DNA of 64,000 nt from an uncultured Eubacteriales bacterium (GTDB taxonomy: Bacteria; Bacillota; Sulfobacillia; Fermentithermobacillales; Fermentithermobacillaceae): contig CAZRRG010000002.1 in the NCBI GenBank assembly GCA_964602455.1, positions 1,100 through 65,099 on the forward strand. Reading direction: 5' to 3'. The position numbers and the translations under genes were made by a program. Positions 59,730 through 64,000 of the stretch are shown here, piece after piece. Each line of letters starts with the position of its first letter. The first letter of the stretch is position 1. The notes beneath the pieces were generated by a model, which saw nothing but the letters and a program-made list of their open reading frames with translations, searched no databases and was not told where the DNA came from.

Positions 59730-61306
59730 GATAGAGTTTCCTCCAGTGAACCCTTGGACTCGGGTGCCTTCTCCCCGTCATCTTTCTTCTTGATGATCGT
59801 GTCGATTCGGAGTATGGCACAAGCTATCTCAAGAGCGGCCTTAAGCGCGTGGAGTTTGACCGGGGCCGGGTCAAGGATCCCCATCTCCATCATGTCGGCC
59901 ACTTCGCCGCTGTCACAATCTATGGCAAGGTTGTGGTTGCCGGTCTCAGTCTGCTGGGAGATGGCGTCGCCCACCTTTTCAAGCGGGTTGAACCCCGCGT
60001 TGGCCACGATCTGGGCGAGAGGCCGCTTCAGAGCCTCCACCACACATGTGAGTCCGTATGCCTGCATTCCCTTCTGGGAAAGCCTCATCTTCTCAACTTC
60101 GCGGGCACAGGCAAGTTCGATCGCTCCCCCGCCTGCGACTACGCCGCCCTTCACCGCAGCCTGGACCGAGGACGCGGCGTCAGTGCAGATGCGCTCGCGC
60201 TCGCCCCTGACCTCCTGGGTGCTGGCTCCTACAAGTATGGTGGCCATTGGCTTGCCGCTGCCGCCCAGGATGCGGATGTTCTCCAACTTCTGATCCTGGT
60301 ATGCGCGCTCGGCTGAGCCCAGGTACTTGGCCAGCTCACCGGCCGGCTTGTGGAGAGCCGTGCGCTTCACGGCCCGCGCCCCTGTGTGCTCGCAGACCTT
60401 GCGCAGTTCGGCGGATGAGACCCTGGTCACGACCATAGCTCCGGCATCGGTGAGGATCTCTTCCGCTTCATCGGAGATGCCCTTGTCGACAACCACCAGC
60501 CCTACGCCGAGAGAGATGATCTTGGCCAGGTCCTCTTTGAACTCTTTTTGCAGCTCCAGATACTTTTGGAAACCGGCTTCGGTGGACAGCGCCTCTTCCT
60601 CGACTTCCTCGGGCTCGAGGGCGTCGTCGACACACAGGATCTTGGGCGCGTCCACGCTCTCGGGCATCGCCTCGTTGAGACGTTCCTTATCTATGATGAT
60701 GCCGGCGAAAACTTCGTTGTCAGCGCCCTCTTTGGCCACGATCGTGTCGGCCAGTTTGAACCTAGGATCGAGGAGTTTCTCCCTGCCCACCATCTTTGCC
60801 GCTTCGCATACAAGATCGGCTATGTCCTTGTTGCCGCGGCCCGCGACCAGAGCGACCCGGTGAACGATAGGGTCGGTCACGTCATCCACCTTGACCGCTT
60901 TCTCGGCGACAAACTCCAACGACCTCTTTACGCCTGCCACAACGCCGTCTATCAGCCTTGTGACGGGGACGCCCCGGACAGCTTGGTTCACACCCTCGGA
61001 GAGCAGCGCCCCTGCCATGATGGTGGCGGTGGTTGTGCCGTCTCCTACCTCTTCCTCCTGGGCGCGGGCGGTGTTAATGACCATCTTGGCCGCGGGATGG
61101 TTCACGTCCATCCTAGTGAGGATGGTCATCCCGTCATTGGTGATGATGACTTCGCCAAACCGATCAACCAGCAGTGTATCAAGGCCTTTGGGGCCGATGG
61201 TCCCCTCGACTGCCGAGGCGATGGCCCTTACTGCGGCGGCATTGGTAAGCAGCGCGCCCAGTCTCTCGTCAATCTCGGAGTTCTGGGATGCCTGTTTCAG
61301 AGTCAA
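59726..61306 (-). CDS. Group II/III (archaeal thermosome/CCT-type) chaperonin
   Basis: [39 protein letters not shown], and C-terminal [30 protein letters not shown]. It has no GroEL features. TTG start 5 nt after AGGAGGGA. Tightly coupled to hrcA (23-nt gap) and dnaJ (4-nt overlap). Confidence 0.85.
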   Translation of the reverse strand: MTLKQASQNSEIDERLGALLTNAAAVRAIASAVEGTIGPKGLDTLLVDRFGEVIITNDGMTILTRMDVNHPAAKMVINTARAQEEEVGDGTTTATIMAGALLSEGVNQAVRGVPVTRLIDGVVAGVKRSLEFVAEKAVKVDDVTDPIVHRVALVAGRGNKDIADLVCEAAKMVGREKLLDPRFKLADTIVAKEGADNEVFAGIIIDKERLNEAMPESVDAPKILCVDDALEPEEVEEEALSTEAGFQKYLELQKEFKEDLAKIISLGVGLVVVDKGISDEAEEILTDAGAMVVTRVSSAELRKVCEHTGARAVKRTALHKPAGELAKYLGSAERAYQDQKLENIRILGGSGKPMATILVGASTQEVRGERERICTDAASSVQAAVKGGVVAGGGAIELACAREVEKMRLSQKGMQAYGLTCVVEALKRPLAQIVANAGFNPLEKVGDAISQQTETGNHNLAIDCDSGEVADMMEMGILDPAPVKLHALKAALEIACAILRIDTIIKKKDDGEKAPESKGSLEETLS

Positions 61307-61329
61307 CTACGTCCCTCCTGTGCGGCCCC

Positions 61330-62355
61330 TCATTCGTCGGCAGAGAAACACCTGGAGAGCTTCTGCTCAAACTGGCGGACCAGGGCGACGGCCTTCGAGT
61401 AGTCCATCCTCCTTGGCCCCAGTATGCCTACTTTGCCTTCGGTGTTGCCGAACGTGAAGACGCCGAACACGAGGGAGAGATCCTGTACTGCCTCCACCTC
61501 GTTCTCTTTTCCTATGCGGATGAACGGGTCTTTGTCGAGGCCGTCCTTTACCAGCGCAGCCTGGATGACAGCGTCAGACTCCACGGCGCAGAGGAGGTCC
61601 TTAACCTTGTCGACGTCCTTGAACTCTGGGTGGGACAGGAGATTCGCGGTACCGCCGACATAGAGGCGGTCGTGCTCGGGCTCGCTAACCAACCCGCGCA
61701 GGAATTCCATTACCTGGTCAACTATCCGGGCGTAACGGCGCGCTTCTTCCTTCAGGAGCTCGTAAGCCCTGTCGGCCACCTTCTCCACCGCCAGGTTGGT
61801 CAAGTGGCGCGAGAGAAGCGCCGATATGTGATCCAGTTCCTCCCGCGGCATCGGCGGGACCTCGATCTGGCAGCTCTCGACGAACCCCACGTCCGTGACA
61901 ATGACGAGTAGAGCCTGCTCCGCGCTGATGGGTATCAGGTGAATGGACTTATAGGTAACGGTCTCAGACTCGGGACCGAGGATAAATCCAAGGTAGTTGG
62001 AGGTTTCAGAGATCGTGCGGACAGTCTCTTTGAGGAGCGAGACCACGTCCTTCACTCTTCTGCGGAAGAGCGATTCGATGGCGCGAGAGTCATCCTGGGA
62101 AAGGCCTCGGCTGGGCATGAGTTCATCCACGTAGAAGCGGTAACCTCTGTCCGAAGGGACCCTTCCTGACGAAGTGTGGGGCTTGTCGAGGTAGCCGGTC
62201 TCCTCCAAGTCGGCCATCTCGTTCCTTATGGTCGCGGGACTGACTCCGAGCCTGTACCTTCGCGCTATAACCCTGGAACCAACTGGCTGGCCGGTCTCGA
62301 TGTGTTCCTCGACCACCGCCTTCAGGACTTCCGCTTTCCTGTCGTCGAGAGTCAC
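61330..62355 (-). CDS. hrcA: Heat-inducible transcription repressor HrcA
   Basis: Full HrcA. GTG start after GGAGGGGG. Confidence 0.93.
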   Translation of the reverse strand: MTLDDRKAEVLKAVVEEHIETGQPVGSRVIARRYRLGVSPATIRNEMADLEETGYLDKPHTSSGRVPSDRGYRFYVDELMPSRGLSQDDSRAIESLFRRRVKDVVSLLKETVRTISETSNYLGFILGPESETVTYKSIHLIPISAEQALLVIVTDVGFVESCQIEVPPMPREELDHISALLSRHLTNLAVEKVADRAYELLKEEARRYARIVDQVMEFLRGLVSEPEHDRLYVGGTANLLSHPEFKDVDKVKDLLCAVESDAVIQAALVKDGLDKDPFIRIGKENEVEAVQDLSLVFGVFTFGNTEGKVGILGPRRMDYSKAVALVRQFEQKLSRCFSADE

Positions 62356-62368
62356 TCGGCCCCCTCCT

Positions 62369-62395
62369 TTAGCACTCGTGAAGCGGGAGTGCTAA
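62369..62395. promoter_or_regulatory. CIRCE operator (perfect TTAGCACTC-N9-GAGTGCTAA)
   Basis: ttagcactcGTGAAGCGGgagtgctaa lies directly upstream of the hrcA RBS. Confidence 0.9.
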
Positions 62396-62404
62396 CCTAG
62401 ATGC

Positions 62405-62434
62405 AAAATAGCACGGGATTAGGAAGAGTGTCAA
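62405..62434 (-). promoter_or_regulatory. sigA promoter of the hrcA operon (TTGACA-18-TATTTT)
   Basis: Minus strand: TTGACActcttcctaatcccgtgcTATTTT, immediately followed by CIRCE. Confidence 0.6.
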
Positions 62435-62452
62435 TGACTAGGGGCGGGTGCC

Positions 62453-63559
62453 CTACTTGGGCAGGTCAGGCGCGACCGGCAAGAGAACGCTGGCCATTGC
62501 CCAGGCCAAGGCCTCGACGCTGTTCTTGCACTCTGCCATCGTGTTTTCAACGCCTCCGCACTCCACCAGGATCGCCATGGGGGAGTGCTTCTGGTTGTAC
62601 ACAGCGGACTCAAAGAGAATCCCTCTCGAGACGCCGGGGTAGCCTTCCTCCAGCTTGCTTAGGATCTTGCGGGCAAACTCGTTGTTCTGAACCCATTTGG
62701 GGTTATCGGTCCCTACGACCATGAGGATGCGGGCGTAGGACTTGCCCCTCACCGTAACCGCAGTAATGCTTCGCGGTTGGCTGTCCCGGTGGACATCGAC
62801 CAGCACCTGGCACGACGGGTACTTCTGGAGGATCGCCTTTACCGTGGATTCCGACCGGTAATAGGCTCCTATCCTGCTATCTTTGTCATGGACTGTGGTC
62901 GAGTGCAGCGTGGGAATGCGGTATACATTTTGCAGTTCCTGAGCGAGCATGGCGCCTATTTGAATCACCGTGCGGGAGGGTACGTCGGAAAAGGCCTGGG
63001 CGGCGTCCTTCTTCCCTAGCTCGGGCAGGAACGACTCGGTGGCGTGGGTGTGGTAGATGGCCACGAGCGGACCGGAGTCGGCCAGCACTGCCGCAGGAGT
63101 GGCGTCTTCGCCAGGCGGAAGCGAGAACAGCACCGGCAGAAGGCCCCAGTCGTCCTCAAGGTCCGAAGGCGAATCCGGCGCGGCCAAAGACTCGGTGTCG
63201 ACTAGAAAGCCTGAGATCCCGGCAAACGCCAGGTCCCTCGGGTATCTCGGTACAAATCCTAGGAGGTAGCCGGCCGCTTGATGCAGGATACCGGGCGACG
63301 TGGCATCATCCCGGAGGTCCTCGGCGTAGGCGAGGATTGGAAAGGCCGCTTTCATGACTTCTCTGGCCATACCGCGCCTGGACAGCACCAGGCCCTGCAC
63401 GGAAATAGTCAGCGCCTGGGGAGTCTCGGGTTCCCACTCGCCCCCAAACGCCGGCGCAGTGAGGTCAACCCTGACTGAAAGCACGAAGACCGCCATGAGG
63501 ACAATGAGGAGCCCCTGGTACATGAACAGCCGGGCCCTTCTCTTTCCGTCAGCGGCCAC
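62453..63559 (-). CDS. spoIIP: Stage II sporulation protein P
   Basis: N-terminal TM helix. VAIYHTHATESF and YNQ motifs. Synteny spoIIP...hrcA. Confidence 0.85.
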   Translation of the reverse strand: MAADGKRRARLFMYQGLLIVLMAVFVLSVRVDLTAPAFGGEWEPETPQALTISVQGLVLSRRGMAREVMKAAFPILAYAEDLRDDATSPGILHQAAGYLLGFVPRYPRDLAFAGISGFLVDTESLAAPDSPSDLEDDWGLLPVLFSLPPGEDATPAAVLADSGPLVAIYHTHATESFLPELGKKDAAQAFSDVPSRTVIQIGAMLAQELQNVYRIPTLHSTTVHDKDSRIGAYYRSESTVKAILQKYPSCQVLVDVHRDSQPRSITAVTVRGKSYARILMVVGTDNPKWVQNNEFARKILSKLEEGYPGVSRGILFESAVYNQKHSPMAILVECGGVENTMAECKNSVEALAWAMASVLLPVAPDLPK

Positions 63560-63661
63560 TTATGTCCTCACCCCCTTCTTGGATATGACCTTGGGAGCTG
63601 GAACATTCGCCGCGAGAAGAAGCCCGGCTGTCGGAATGCCTGCGCCTATGACGCGAGTTCT

Positions 63662-63973
63662 CTAACGGATCACCGTCGGTACGAAGGCGTCGATGATGCC
63701 CACCACAAGCGACGCCAAGAGAGCGCCAAGGATGCTTACCGTCATCCCCGGGACAAGATACTGGGCCACGTAGATCACGATAGCAGCGACTATGAAACCA
63801 ACGATTCCCCGGGACTGGGGCGAGACTCTCTCGCCGAGGATCGCTTCGATCGCCCAGCCCAAAGCGGCGATGACGATGGCGGCCAGTAGCGCGTTCACAA
63901 AGCCGAATACATTAAAGCCCGGCAGGACCAATCCCATAACCATTAGAACGATGGCCGACACGATGAATCTCAC
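63662..63973 (-). CDS. Phage_holin_4_2 (PF04020)-family small membrane protein
   Basis: 103 aa with a duplicated 2-TM pattern (LPGFNVFGF... and VPGMTVSIL...). Confidence 0.5.
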   Translation of the reverse strand: MRFIVSAIVLMVMGLVLPGFNVFGFVNALLAAIVIAALGWAIEAILGERVSPQSRGIVGFIVAAIVIYVAQYLVPGMTVSILGALLASLVVGIIDAFVPTVIR

Positions 63974-64000
63974 TATGGCGCCGATCCAAGAACTCCCGCG

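Noticed and set aside
63662-63973. Prophage indicated by a holin-family gene
   Set aside because: A single PF04020-type small membrane protein, with no terminase, capsid, integrase or lysin nearby. This family is common as a chromosomal membrane protein.

Overview
This 64-kb window is a high-GC (~60%) chromosomal segment from an endospore-forming Firmicute (yqfC, yqfD and spoIIP are present). It is almost fully coding and mostly on the minus strand. Gene order in the second half follows the Bacillus yqf/yqe region. Running from the window's 3' end down to ~29.8 kb on the minus strand (its direction of transcription), the order is spoIIP, hrcA, dnaJ, rsmE, mtaB, ddl, rpsU, yqfC, yqfD, phoH, 7TM-HD, ybeY, dgkA, recO, glyQ, glyS, ppdK, dgt, dnaG, sigA, then a gap-pgk-tpiA-gpmI-eno-secG glycolytic operon, followed downstream by smpB and tmRNA. 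Two RNA genes are present: tRNA-Pro(UGG) and tmRNA (ssrA). The first 20 kb is accessory and metabolic, made up of several separate blocks. One is a peptide/cell-wall-fragment catabolism block: an opine-dehydrogenase-like gene, a divergent Ddl-like ATP-grasp, a beta-lactamase-fold hydrolase, GGT and an M14 carboxypeptidase. Others are PrsW, a MATE exporter, a PadR/DUF1700 pair, type II pantothenate kinase, and a four-gene MBL/ATP-grasp/PHP/NodB operon. Three things stand out. First, an archaeal-type (group II/III) chaperonin sits between hrcA and dnaJ, where grpE-dnaK normally lie, under a textbook sigA promoter plus a perfect CIRCE element. Second, there is a compact operon of DUF5320, DUF134, NifX-like, two MinD-like 4Fe-4S ATPases and a second NifX-like gene, with an 11-bp inverted-repeat operator over its promoter. 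Third, a ~480-bp intergenic region between sigA and chrA is packed with two different tandem-repeat arrays. No CRISPR array, integrase or obvious prophage was seen.
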